Virus record (IMG/VR): IMGVR_UViG_3300032334_001923
Location: 32,001 to 96,000 of that record
Length of the DNA: 64,000 bases
Direction: 5' to 3' (one strand)
DNA from: a virus
The translations under genes and the position numbers were made by a program. The first letter of the stretch is position 1. Each line of letters begins with the position of its first letter. Shown here one piece after another: positions 9,235 to 18,289 of this stretch. Below the pieces are notes generated by a model. That model worked only from the letters and a program-made list of their open reading frames with translations, had not been told where the DNA came from and did no database searches.

Positions 9235-10137
9235 ATGCTATTTGGCCAAAATCCACCCGAGATAACATATTTAGGAAAACCAAAAGAATTTGGTGATGAG
9301 AAGGTTGTTTTAAACTCCTATCTTGATCTTATTTCCGCCATTAGAAAATTTTTAGAGTTCAATCTATCTCTTGATATAAAGATAGTTTGTCTTGATGTTT
9401 CTGATTTTTCTTTTTCTCCCGATTTCTTCAACACGCCTATAGAAGAGGAGTCCCCGTTAGTATCAAATGAAATAGATGCAATAAACACGTTAATATCTAA
9501 GAATAATATAAGGATATGTGTTTTTATAGGTAAGGATTATTTTTTGGGCAGTCAGTTGGAAGTTGTTGTAGATTCGACAGTAAGCTTACTAAACAGATTA
9601 TCGGGTATACTTGATGTTATAGGTGTAAACTACCCATCCATAATGATCAGAATAGGTTCTGCCTACGGAAACAGAAAGTTAACTATGGATGAATTTTGCA
9701 ATAGACTTTCTTTATTGGATGATAATACTGTTTCAAAGCTGTGTGTCATGAATGACGATAAGCCAAGCCTATTCTCAATAACAGATCTTTTATCTGGTGT
9801 TTATTATAAATCAGGAATACCTATATGTTTTAGAATACTTCCGCATCAATTTAATGATGGTGGATTAACCATAAGGGAAGCGCTCTTTTTATCGGGCTCA
9901 ACCTGGGATAAAGGATGCAAACCTATCTTTTTCCATTCGGAGTCTTCCGATCTTGATTCGGACGGTATACCGAACACACCTCACACAACGGAATACCTAA
10001 CTAGAAGAATCCCAACATTTGGTTTAGATCTAGACGTTGTCATAGAATCCACAGCAAAGGAGGATTCTTGTCTAAAATACAGAATGGATTATAAATCCCT
10101 ACCTCCGATAGTTATAAATAAAATAAACCGAAAATAA
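9235..10137 (+). CDS. UV-damage endonuclease (UvsE/UVDE) homolog with degenerate metal ligands
   Basis: IGSAYG, NDDKPSLFSITDL..GVYYKSGIPICF, DGGLTIREAL..STW, HSES, LDVVIES follow the UvsE layout, but several His/Glu/Asp ligand positions are substituted. Confidence 0.7.
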   Translation: MLFGQNPPEITYLGKPKEFGDEKVVLNSYLDLISAIRKFLEFNLSLDIKIVCLDVSDFSFSPDFFNTPIEEESPLVSNEIDAINTLISKNNIRICVFIGKDYFLGSQLEVVVDSTVSLLNRLSGILDVIGVNYPSIMIRIGSAYGNRKLTMDEFCNRLSLLDDNTVSKLCVMNDDKPSLFSITDLLSGVYYKSGIPICFRILPHQFNDGGLTIREALFLSGSTWDKGCKPIFFHSESSDLDSDGIPNTPHTTEYLTRRIPTFGLDLDVVIESTAKEDSCLKYRMDYKSLPPIVINKINRK

Positions 10138-10161
10138 TTTTTTTATTTCGGGAATACTGTT

Positions 10162-10169
10162 TACTTTTG
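10162..10169 (+). promoter_or_regulatory. Bacteroidota-type -7 promoter element (TAnnTTTG)
   Basis: TACTTTTG lies 14 nt before the ATG at 10184, with a T-run 17 nt upstream. Confidence 0.7.
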
Positions 10170-10183
10170 TAAAAAATAGAAAA

Positions 10184-10885
10184 ATGTTTTTAAAAGAAAA
10201 TATCGATAAGTTTTTATACTTTGACGTTGAAACCGCAGCTTCATATAGGAATCTAGACGAGCTCAAAAATAATAACGAGAGGCTGTATAATCTGTGGAAG
10301 AAAAGAGAGCTTTATTATATTGGGGCATACGAGGAAATGAAAAATGCAACACCAGAGGAGATCTACGAAGCTAAAGCTGGATTAGAACCCGAATTCTCTA
10401 GGGTTGTTTGTGTTTCTTTTGGTTCTTTTACAGATTCGGGAGAAAGAAAGTTTATATCTTTCTACGGGGAGGATGAGGCTGATATACTTAATAAATCGGC
10501 TAAAGTCTTAAACAACGCAGCAGCTAAAAACTGGAAATTATGCGGACATAACATAAAAGGATTTGATGTTCCCTGTCTTGGTAAGAGAATGATCTATAAT
10601 AAAATAAATCCCCCTTCCAATATTAGAATATGGGATAAAAAACCATGGGAGGTTCCTTTTATGGACACTTCTGAGATATTTGCATTTGGAAGCTGGGTAC
10701 AACAGAAATACTTAAGTTTAGATCTTTTAGCTTGTTCAATGGGGATAGAATCTCCAAAAGGAACCATGGATGGATCCAAAGTAAATGATTCATATTGGAA
10801 TAAGAAAGACTATGAATCTATTAAGATCTATTGCGAGCTTGATGTTGACACTGTTATGAGTGTAATGGAATCTCTCTGCTTATAA
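10184..10885 (+). CDS. Stand-alone 3'-5' exonuclease (DnaQ/PolB-exo-like)
   Basis: ExoI YFDVETA, ExoII GHNIKGFDVP, ExoIII YCELDV. Confidence 0.88.
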   Translation: MFLKENIDKFLYFDVETAASYRNLDELKNNNERLYNLWKKRELYYIGAYEEMKNATPEEIYEAKAGLEPEFSRVVCVSFGSFTDSGERKFISFYGEDEADILNKSAKVLNNAAAKNWKLCGHNIKGFDVPCLGKRMIYNKINPPSNIRIWDKKPWEVPFMDTSEIFAFGSWVQQKYLSLDLLACSMGIESPKGTMDGSKVNDSYWNKKDYESIKIYCELDVDTVMSVMESLCL

Positions 10886-10906
10886 TAAATTATATTCATA
10901 ACGGTT

Positions 10907-10927
10907 AAACCCTAAAGGGCTTTTTTT
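10907..10927 (+). terminator. Possible weak intrinsic terminator
   Basis: Short CCCT/AGGG stem followed by seven T just after the exonuclease stop codon. Confidence 0.4.
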
Positions 10928-10935
10928 GATATATA
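10928..10935 (+). promoter_or_regulatory. Putative late promoter GATATATA
   Basis: Octamer recurs 25-51 nt upstream of start codons at eight intergenic sites. Confidence 0.6.
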
Positions 10936-10953
10936 CAAGAAAAGCCTTTTTTA

Positions 10954-11751
10954 GTGGATAAAGTTTTAGATTATTCTAGTTACCTGAACATCTCGGAAAG
11001 AGAGGAATCCCCATTTTATAATGATTCTTTATGTCCCAAATTATGGGTAAAGAATAATCAAGAAGACGGAAACCCCGCTTGGACTTTAGACGGGAGAGCA
11101 TCTAGAAAAATAGAAAAGATTGCAAAAGAATTCTTTTCGCATTTTTCGAGCTTGCTAAAGCAAAAAGACATCTCAGATATTCAAATAACAGGGGATCTTG
11201 CTAATTTCAGTCATACCCCCAATTCTAATCTGGATGTACACGTTCTCGTGGATCTAGATGGTATGGACGATCTGGATGCTCAGGATCTTAAAAACGAGAT
11301 AGCTTTTTTAAAATCAAACTGGGATCTAAAAAATTCCAAAAAGATAAGAGGAAGAGACGTTGATTTCTACATTCAAAATGCGAAAGATCCTCATGATTCA
11401 TCAGGTCTTTATTCTGTTCTAAACGGTGAGTGGATTAAAGCTCCTTCTCTAGAATCTCCTTCTTTTGATGAAAGAGACGTGGCTAAAAAGTATGATGCTA
11501 TTGCTCACGAGATAGACTCTCTAGAAACCCAAATAGAAGTAACCAACTCACCGGATAGAGTTAAATTCCTTAGAGATAGAGCCACTGAACTTAAAATAAA
11601 AATCCAACAAATGAGAAAGGATGCAATAACAAAGAGTGGGCAACCCTCAGTTGGCTCAAGTATATTCAAGATGCTTAGAAAAGAAGGATATATAGAAAAA
11701 TTGATAGATGTTCTATCTAATTCCTACGATAAAATTTATAAAGAAGACTAA
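10954..11751 (+). CDS. Pol-beta-like nucleotidyltransferase homolog with altered active site
   Basis: ITGDLANFSHTPNSNLDVHV, GRDVDFYIQN, SSGLYSVLNGEWIK, FKMLRKEGYIEKL. The canonical GS...DxD reads GD...NxD here. GTG start. Confidence 0.65.
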   Translation: MDKVLDYSSYLNISEREESPFYNDSLCPKLWVKNNQEDGNPAWTLDGRASRKIEKIAKEFFSHFSSLLKQKDISDIQITGDLANFSHTPNSNLDVHVLVDLDGMDDLDAQDLKNEIAFLKSNWDLKNSKKIRGRDVDFYIQNAKDPHDSSGLYSVLNGEWIKAPSLESPSFDERDVAKKYDAIAHEIDSLETQIEVTNSPDRVKFLRDRATELKIKIQQMRKDAITKSGQPSVGSSIFKMLRKEGYIEKLIDVLSNSYDKIYKED

Positions 11752-11753
11752 AC

Positions 11754-14360
11754 ATGCTAGTAATTTATCCTGCCAATGGCGATTATAAGAAGGGTGGAGA
11801 TTTCCCCATTGTTGCGGTACCTACCGACATGGAGGGGGCAAATCAGATGGAACTTAATGATTTCCAGTGGTGGTCATATTCTGAAGATTTCCAGAAATGG
11901 CTCAAAGAAAACCCGAGAGAATGGACAGCAGAATCTCTAGTTCAAGAGCCTGATGCCGAGGGATGGTTACAGATGCTAAAAGAGAGTCATAACCAAAGAT
12001 TATTAAGTAGCATTTCGGAGGATAAAAAAGTTTCAAGTTTTGGAGAATTCACTGCCATTAACGAAGAGAATGAAAAGGTTGCTTCAAAGGAAGAAGGAAA
12101 GGACGGTGTTAAATTGCACTATGCTTATAACAAGCTACTTACCTCAAATAAGCTAGAGTCAGAATTTAAAGTTAGTGCTGTTAATGAGGAGAAGGGAGTT
12201 TTTCTTTGTTTGGAAGATCCTCAAAGTGGACAAAACATAGAAGAGACCCTTTATGCCTTAAAGATGAGTCCGATCTCAGTTGGCTCTACATCTAAAGTAA
12301 AGATATTCAATGTGGAAGAAACTCTTCCGGGTGGAAAACTTGCAGAGGATGCAAATCCGGATAGCCTAGGAGAATGGGTTATTGATAACGGTAAAAAAGT
12401 GGTTCAGTATGGTATAGCAGGGGCTGCTTTATATGGTGGTCTAAAAGTAGCTGGTGTAGTTGGGGGAGCAATAGGACTTAGAGCTGTAGGTAGAAGCCTT
12501 ACAGGTGGAGCTAGCAAAAAAGCTTTAGGTGAGATACTTAAAAGACTTGGAGGTGAAGCAGCAGCAGAAACGGGAGCAGTCACCCAAACTTCAAGAGGAG
12601 TATTTTCAAGAATAGCATCAGGAACCACCAGTGGTTTTAAAACGTTTTTTGGAACACCCGTTTCCGCAGTTGTTGCAACAGGGGCTGGTCTAAAATCAGC
12701 AGTTCAGGCGGCAAAAGCAGGAACTGGGGTTCTTGCAGGATTTAGCTCTGGAATGAAAACTTCTTTACAGGCAGCATCGCAAGCCGGTAAATTCAATCCT
12801 TGGGTACTTCTAGTTCAAGCAGTTATGGCAGGGCAAAAACTTTGGAACTGGTTTAGTAGCAATCAAGCTCCTAGATATGCACAGGTTGAGGATTTTGCAT
12901 TTGGTAACTTTAAACCTTCTGAGATCAAAATAGGCGTTCCTATCACTATTTGTTGGACGCAAGAAGCAGGAGGGGTATGGGGAGCTTTAAGTTGGATTGG
13001 TTTGGGTAACGATACAAGAACAACAATGGAGATCGTGAAGATCGCAGATGTCGGAGGGAATTCAATTTTCATCTTACTACAGGTTAACTCTAAGAACATG
13101 AGCAAACAGCTTCAAGAGCACGATTTAACCCTAGTATCTTTTGCTGACACAGAAAACTTCGAAAGAGGATATCTTGATAATGATGACTTAGAATTGAAGA
13201 TCAAGACAATAGACGGTCTTTCAAATTTAACTTCTGTTTATAATTTCATGGGCGCTTGCGCATGGAATGAGATAGTTACTACATGGCAGGGATCTTCGAG
13301 CCAGTACATAGAATCCGATGATGCTGCTCCCGATAAATACTCTTTTTATTTTAGTGACTCTGAAGATAATATAATTAACGTGCTAGGGACTAAGGTTACT
13401 AGCGAGGATTTGTCCAAGTTTAACGATAAAGACATGGCTGATCTTTTTCAAATAGATAAGGTTAAAGGTGATATAGGTCCTAAAGACGTGGATAAGAGAG
13501 AGTCAGAGGTAGAGGTTGAAAAAGCCACAGAATCTTTATGGAACTCTCCTGAGAATAAAAAGCTTCTCGAGGGCCAAGTTATAACATCCTTTTCAGACTT
13601 TAATAAGATTACAAGCGGAGGTATATTTGAGGTTGAAGCTGTTAAAGACCCAGGAGAGGGTGAGGAAGCAGCAGATACTAAGAAGGATCAAAAATACATA
13701 GGATTAACCCCTGAAGAAAAAACAGATCCTGCTAAAGTTGCTGTTTATCTTGTAACTGCTAAAGAGTATGCAAACCCTGAGCTTAGAGGAAAATACTCAA
13801 CTGGGAAGTTCACCAACTTCATGATTTCTAAAAAAGATTACGATGCAAAAGACGGGGAACAAATCGATGTTGAACCAAACACAACTGAGCCTATAGACGA
13901 CGCTAAAGCAGGAGTTTATAAGTTCAAAAAGGAAGAAGAAGCCCCAGTAAAAACCCAACCGATTGTTAAAGACGAGGAGGGTGAGAAGGATCAGGAAGAA
14001 GGCACAGAAGGACCTAAGAAAGACGACTATTACATCACGGTGGATCCTAATGATGTTGAGATTAAGAATAAAAAATCTTCATCTGTAATAAGGGATAAAT
14101 CAGTAGAGGGAGGCGTTAATATCTTTGATGAATTCCTTACCGATAATGACAAAGAAATCCTTAAAATTGAAAACTGGAAGACAGTAACTTTTGTTAAAGA
14201 ATTCTACGATAACAGAGGTGACATTATAGAAGTTAAGATAATGAACAGATATGCTCCATGGGGAGATAGAAAGAGAAGATACAAAGCCACAGACGGAGAG
14301 CAGTTTGAATTGGCTAAAAAATTCGCTTCTGAAGTGAAAGATAGGATAAAATACGAGTAA
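11754..14360 (+). CDS. Large hypothetical virion-associated protein with Gly/Ala-rich hydrophobic segment
   Basis: 868-aa ORF. YGIAGAALYGGLKVAGVVGGAIGL and similar small-residue helices; internal SFGEFTAINEE. Directly upstream of the protease and capsid genes. Confidence 0.7.
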   Translation: MLVIYPANGDYKKGGDFPIVAVPTDMEGANQMELNDFQWWSYSEDFQKWLKENPREWTAESLVQEPDAEGWLQMLKESHNQRLLSSISEDKKVSSFGEFTAINEENEKVASKEEGKDGVKLHYAYNKLLTSNKLESEFKVSAVNEEKGVFLCLEDPQSGQNIEETLYALKMSPISVGSTSKVKIFNVEETLPGGKLAEDANPDSLGEWVIDNGKKVVQYGIAGAALYGGLKVAGVVGGAIGLRAVGRSLTGGASKKALGEILKRLGGEAAAETGAVTQTSRGVFSRIASGTTSGFKTFFGTPVSAVVATGAGLKSAVQAAKAGTGVLAGFSSGMKTSLQAASQAGKFNPWVLLVQAVMAGQKLWNWFSSNQAPRYAQVEDFAFGNFKPSEIKIGVPITICWTQEAGGVWGALSWIGLGNDTRTTMEIVKIADVGGNSIFILLQVNSKNMSKQLQEHDLTLVSFADTENFERGYLDNDDLELKIKTIDGLSNLTSVYNFMGACAWNEIVTTWQGSSSQYIESDDAAPDKYSFYFSDSEDNIINVLGTKVTSEDLSKFNDKDMADLFQIDKVKGDIGPKDVDKRESEVEVEKATESLWNSPENKKLLEGQVITSFSDFNKITSGGIFEVEAVKDPGEGEEAADTKKDQKYIGLTPEEKTDPAKVAVYLVTAKEYANPELRGKYSTGKFTNFMISKKDYDAKDGEQIDVEPNTTEPIDDAKAGVYKFKKEEEAPVKTQPIVKDEEGEKDQEEGTEGPKKDDYYITVDPNDVEIKNKKSSSVIRDKSVEGGVNIFDEFLTDNDKEILKIENWKTVTFVKEFYDNRGDIIEVKIMNRYAPWGDRKRRYKATDGEQFELAKKFASEVKDRIKYE

Positions 14361-14386
14361 AATCCAAAAAAATGAAAAAATCTTTC

Positions 14387-14394
14387 GATATATA
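14387..14394 (+). promoter_or_regulatory. Putative late promoter GATATATA upstream of prohead protease
   Basis: Starts 35 nt before the ATG at 14422. Confidence 0.6.
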
Positions 14395-14421
14395 AGAAAT
14401 AGATAAAAGTCGTAAAAAAAA

Positions 14422-16422
14422 ATGACAAGAACTCAGACAAATACACTAAACGAACAAATGGTCTTCATCCTGGAAAAACAGGATTATGTCCTTGAGTCTA
14501 AAAAGGGCGAGGGCAATGACTATGTTCTGGAGGGTATAGCAGCGGTATTCGGTCAGGAGAACAACAATCATAGAATCTATGAGGAAAACGAATATCTCCC
14601 GCACCTAGATTACCTTAAGGAGAAGATAGCTCAAAAGAGACTTCTAGGAGAGCTAGATCACCCAGAAAAATTCGATGTTTCTCTTAAGAACATCTCTCAC
14701 ATTATCACATCTCTTGATTACGACAAGTCTTCAAGAACCCTTAAGATTAAGGTTAAGCTTTTAGATACTCCAGCAGGAGATATAGCTAGAAAGCTAGTTG
14801 ATGCGGGAGTTCCTCTTTCGATATCATCTAGAGCAGCAGGATCTGTTGGAAACGATAAGAAGGTTCAGATCAAGAAGATCTTTACTTATGATCTAGTAGC
14901 AGATCCGGGATTTCAGGATGCTCAGCTTAAAAGAGTTTACGAAAGCGCAGGCTACTCTGAAGAGCAATTCGACACCTATAAAAAACAAAGCATAGTAAAT
15001 AGTCTTGAGTGTTTAAACGAATCTTTAGGTATAAAAAATGAATCTACCTTGAAGATATATAAAGTTGAAAACACAGAGGAGTTTAACAGCATTATAAAAC
15101 AAACAGATAAAAATAAGAAAATCCTTATGGAGAATAACGAATTTGTTACTGCAGAAGAACTAAATCAATATTCAGTTTTCCTGAAGAAGGAAATGGATTC
15201 GATGAGATCTACGATAGCAGACATAAAACAACAAAAAACCGCTCTTACAGAGTCTAACGAAGGTGAAGGTTCTACGGAAGAGTTTGAAGCTAGAATCGCT
15301 AAGCTTGAGAAGTATTCAGGATATCTAGCAGAGAATCTAGAAAACGCTATCAAATACGGAGATTATCTAGCAGAAAATCTTGACAAGAGCATCAACTACA
15401 GTAAATACTTAGCTGAGAATCTTGATAAGAATATTTCTTATTCTAAATATATTGCTGAGAACGTAGACAAGTCTATTTCTTACACTGAATATGTTGCTGA
15501 AAGCGTGGATCAGAATATCGAGTATTCTAAATACATCGCAGAAAAACTTGATCAAAATATTCAATATTCAGAGTACCTAGCAGAAAACGTTGATAAAGGA
15601 ATTCAATATTCAGAGTACCTAGCAGAAAACGTTGATAAAAACATTGCTTATTCTGAGTACATCGGAGAAAATCTTGAAAAAGGAATAGCTTATACTGAAT
15701 ACGTTGCTGAAAAACTTAACAATGGAATTGATTACACAGAATACGTTGCTGAGAATCTGAACAAATCTATCGAATATACCGATTACCTAGCAGAAAATCT
15801 AAATAAAGGAATTGATTACACAGAATACGTTGCTGAGAAACTTAACAAAGGTATCGCTTATTCAGAGTATATCGCAGAATCTCTTGCTAGTGGAAAATTA
15901 GCTAAACAAGAGACTTCTTCATTAAGAGAAAGTGCAGAATTTAGCGCTATTTCAGATCTTAACGAATCAGGATTTGCAGGAAACTATGCAGATCTTACAT
16001 CAAAAATCGACTCACTAATAGAATCAGTTAAAACCCAAAAAACTGAGAGTAATATAAACGAGGCAGCTAAGAGATTAGCTCCAGCCGAAACACAAAAGGC
16101 AGAAGTTCTTAACGAATCAGAGAACACTAACAAATCAGGACTTAAATTCATTGATGAAATGCCTGAAGAATACGCTCCGGTTTGGGAGTCTCTAAACGAA
16201 GCACACAAGCAATCAATCATTGCTCAGTCTAACTTCTACAGATTAGAAACCCCTTATCAGATCAAAAACTTCTGGTCAACACGCCAACTTGGAGCTAAAC
16301 CGGTTGGAGTTCAAAAATTAGAAGAGAACGAAAACATCTCAGAAAGCGCTAAAGCTCAAGCTTACTCTAACGAGTATATGCAGCACATCGCTTCTGCACT
16401 GGAAAAGAAATTCCAAAAATAA
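14422..16422 (+). CDS. Prohead protease (T4 gp21-like) fused to a scaffold/core-like repeat region (gp22-like)
   Basis: LEGIAA, LLGELDHP, ISHII, LLDTPAG, LSISSRAAGSV and YDLVADPG form the protease. It is followed by a coiled coil and about 14 YxEYLAENLDKxI repeats, directly upstream of the capsid gene. Confidence 0.88.
   Translation: MTRTQTNTLNEQMVFILEKQDYVLESKKGEGNDYVLEGIAAVFGQENNNHRIYEENEYLPHLDYLKEKIAQKRLLGELDHPEKFDVSLKNISHIITSLDYDKSSRTLKIKVKLLDTPAGDIARKLVDAGVPLSISSRAAGSVGNDKKVQIKKIFTYDLVADPGFQDAQLKRVYESAGYSEEQFDTYKKQSIVNSLECLNESLGIKNESTLKIYKVENTEEFNSIIKQTDKNKKILMENNEFVTAEELNQYSVFLKKEMDSMRSTIADIKQQKTALTESNEGEGSTEEFEARIAKLEKYSGYLAENLENAIKYGDYLAENLDKSINYSKYLAENLDKNISYSKYIAENVDKSISYTEYVAESVDQNIEYSKYIAEKLDQNIQYSEYLAENVDKGIQYSEYLAENVDKNIAYSEYIGENLEKGIAYTEYVAEKLNNGIDYTEYVAENLNKSIEYTDYLAENLNKGIDYTEYVAEKLNKGIAYSEYIAESLASGKLAKQETSSLRESAEFSAISDLNESGFAGNYADLTSKIDSLIESVKTQKTESNINEAAKRLAPAETQKAEVLNESENTNKSGLKFIDEMPEEYAPVWESLNEAHKQSIIAQSNFYRLETPYQIKNFWSTRQLGAKPVGVQKLEENENISESAKAQAYSNEYMQHIASALEKKFQK
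15310..15885 (+). repeat. 42-bp / 14-aa coding tandem repeat, 13 full units plus 1 partial
   Basis: Units KYSGYLAENLENAI, KYGDYLAENLDKSI ... AYSEYIAESL. Near-identical DNA copies at 15559/15601 and 15724/15808. Confidence 0.95.
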
Positions 16423-16451
16423 CTAAAAACTAAAAAAAATAACGAAAAATC

Positions 16452-18173
16452 ATGAAATTGATTAACGAACAAGAAATCTATAGTACCTGGGCGCCTCTAA
16501 TTGAGAGCAAAGCTGGTATTACAGATGAAAGCAAAAAAGGATGGTTGACTAAATATTGTCACTACCATTCATTAAACGAATCTGCTGGTGCTTATAACAC
16601 TCTAGGTGTTGTAAACGGTATGGGTGCTGTTCAAGCTCCTCTATTCCCTGGTGCTAGCTATCCTGGTGTTGCAACTATCGGAACTGGCGCAAACGCTAAC
16701 TTCTATAACGCTGCTTACCAAGGATCAGGCGATAAATTCCCTTCACTTCTTCCTTTAGCTATTCAAGTAGCTGCGAAGACTGTTGGTTTTGATATCGTTC
16801 CTGTTATCCCTATGTCAGGTCCTACTGGTATCCTTTCTTACCTTGACTATGTTTACGCTGGTGGTAAAATTGCTGGTGCTACTTCAGGTACTTCAGGTGC
16901 TGACTTAGCTGATGCTCCTTCAATGATTAAGTTTGGTGCTTACGGAGCAACCGGTACTACTGGTCTTACAGCTGGTGTACTTGCAGTTGGAACAACTTAC
17001 TACATTGGGACTGCTTCTGCTACTGTAAAGATCACAAGTAAATTTGTTGGACTTTCAAGAATCGATGGTAATCCAATCTTCCAAATCACTGATATTGCTA
17101 ACGGGTATAACGTTGCTGATATCGTAGTTGCTGGTGCTTTTGTTTCTACAGCCACTACACCTATTTCAGCTACCGCTGCAGCTACGGTCAATACTCCTGC
17201 TGCATTGGTAAAAGCTCTTGAAGATCACATCCAAGGTTTCTCTGGTGCTGGTTTCAACAACGACCAAAACTGGCAAGGACCATACGTTGATGGTACTAAA
17301 ACTTACAACCCAATGTTAAGAGGTGTTGCTGAGTCTAGCTACTACAACTCAATGGGTCTTTCTACTTTCACTAAGTTCGTAGAAGCTGAGACTTTCCAAG
17401 TTGCTGCTTCAGTTACAACTGAGCAAATTCAAGACCTTAACAAGCAATTCGGTATCGACGTTATCTCAATGATCGAGAACGCACTTGTTAACGAGGTTTC
17501 ACAAGCTATCAACAAGCACATCTTAGCAAGAGCATTCGCTCTAGGTTGGTCTAACCACGTAACATTCAACAACGTAGAAGGTCAAAACCTAAATCTTAAC
17601 CTTTCAACTAACTCTGCATCTAACACTTCAGCTTATGTTGGTAAAGATGATGTTGGTGTTTCAATGGCTGTACCTGGACAAATTTCTACTCAAACTTTTG
17701 AGAACCAATCAACTCTACAAAGAAGATTATTCTCTAGAATCTTGGCTGCTGCTAACGTAGTTGCTAATAGAGGTAGAAGAGGTCCTGCTAACTTCCTTAT
17801 TACTAATGCTAATATCGCAAGTGCGCTTCAAGACATCTCTCAATTCACTTTCGCTCCGTTCTCTAACACTTTAACTCAAAACAACGGTACACTTTATCCT
17901 GTAGGTTCTCTTGCTGGTATGACAGTATACGTTGACCAAAACATGAGCTACAACGATACAAGAATCTGCGTTGGTAGAAAAGGTGGTGATGACGAACCAG
18001 GACTTAAGTTTATGCCTTACATGATGGCTGAATCAATTCAGACTATCTCTGAAGGTACAATGTCACCAAAAATCGCGGTTAAATCTAGATACGCTCTAGT
18101 AGAAGCTGGTTTCTTACCTGAAACTATGTACTTAACATTCTATGTTAACGTGCCTGCTAGCGGTATCGTTTAA
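16452..18173 (+). CDS. Major capsid protein (T4 gp23-like)
   Basis: W.PLIE N-terminus, SLNESA maturation-type site, LLPLAIQVAAKTVGFDIVPVIPMSGPTG, TTEQIQDL, EVSQAINKHIL, VGSLAG..VYVD, FMPY, PKIAVKSRYAL. Strongly biased codon usage. Confidence 0.93.
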   Translation: MKLINEQEIYSTWAPLIESKAGITDESKKGWLTKYCHYHSLNESAGAYNTLGVVNGMGAVQAPLFPGASYPGVATIGTGANANFYNAAYQGSGDKFPSLLPLAIQVAAKTVGFDIVPVIPMSGPTGILSYLDYVYAGGKIAGATSGTSGADLADAPSMIKFGAYGATGTTGLTAGVLAVGTTYYIGTASATVKITSKFVGLSRIDGNPIFQITDIANGYNVADIVVAGAFVSTATTPISATAAATVNTPAALVKALEDHIQGFSGAGFNNDQNWQGPYVDGTKTYNPMLRGVAESSYYNSMGLSTFTKFVEAETFQVAASVTTEQIQDLNKQFGIDVISMIENALVNEVSQAINKHILARAFALGWSNHVTFNNVEGQNLNLNLSTNSASNTSAYVGKDDVGVSMAVPGQISTQTFENQSTLQRRLFSRILAAANVVANRGRRGPANFLITNANIASALQDISQFTFAPFSNTLTQNNGTLYPVGSLAGMTVYVDQNMSYNDTRICVGRKGGDDEPGLKFMPYMMAESIQTISEGTMSPKIAVKSRYALVEAGFLPETMYLTFYVNVPASGIV

Positions 18174-18194
18174 TCCTAACGATTAACAATATCC

Positions 18195-18226
18195 AAAAAA
18201 CCCTAGGTTTACCTAGGGTTTTTTTT
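18195..18226 (+). terminator. Intrinsic terminator after the capsid gene
   Basis: AAAAAACCCTAGG-TTTA-CCTAGGGTTTTTTTT perfect hairpin with T-tract. Confidence 0.9.
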
Positions 18227-18258
18227 GTGTCTATGCTAAAGATAAAAATCACAGGATG

Positions 18259-18266
18259 GATATATA
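18259..18266 (+). promoter_or_regulatory. Putative late promoter GATATATA
   Basis: Starts 31 nt before the ATG at 18290, just after a terminator. Confidence 0.6.
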
Positions 18267-18289
18267 CAGAGTAAAATAGAATAGTATTT

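Noticed and set aside
15310-15885. 42-bp periodic repeats as a CRISPR array
   Set aside because: The units are in-frame coding repeats with synonymous variation and no unique spacers. No cas genes are present.
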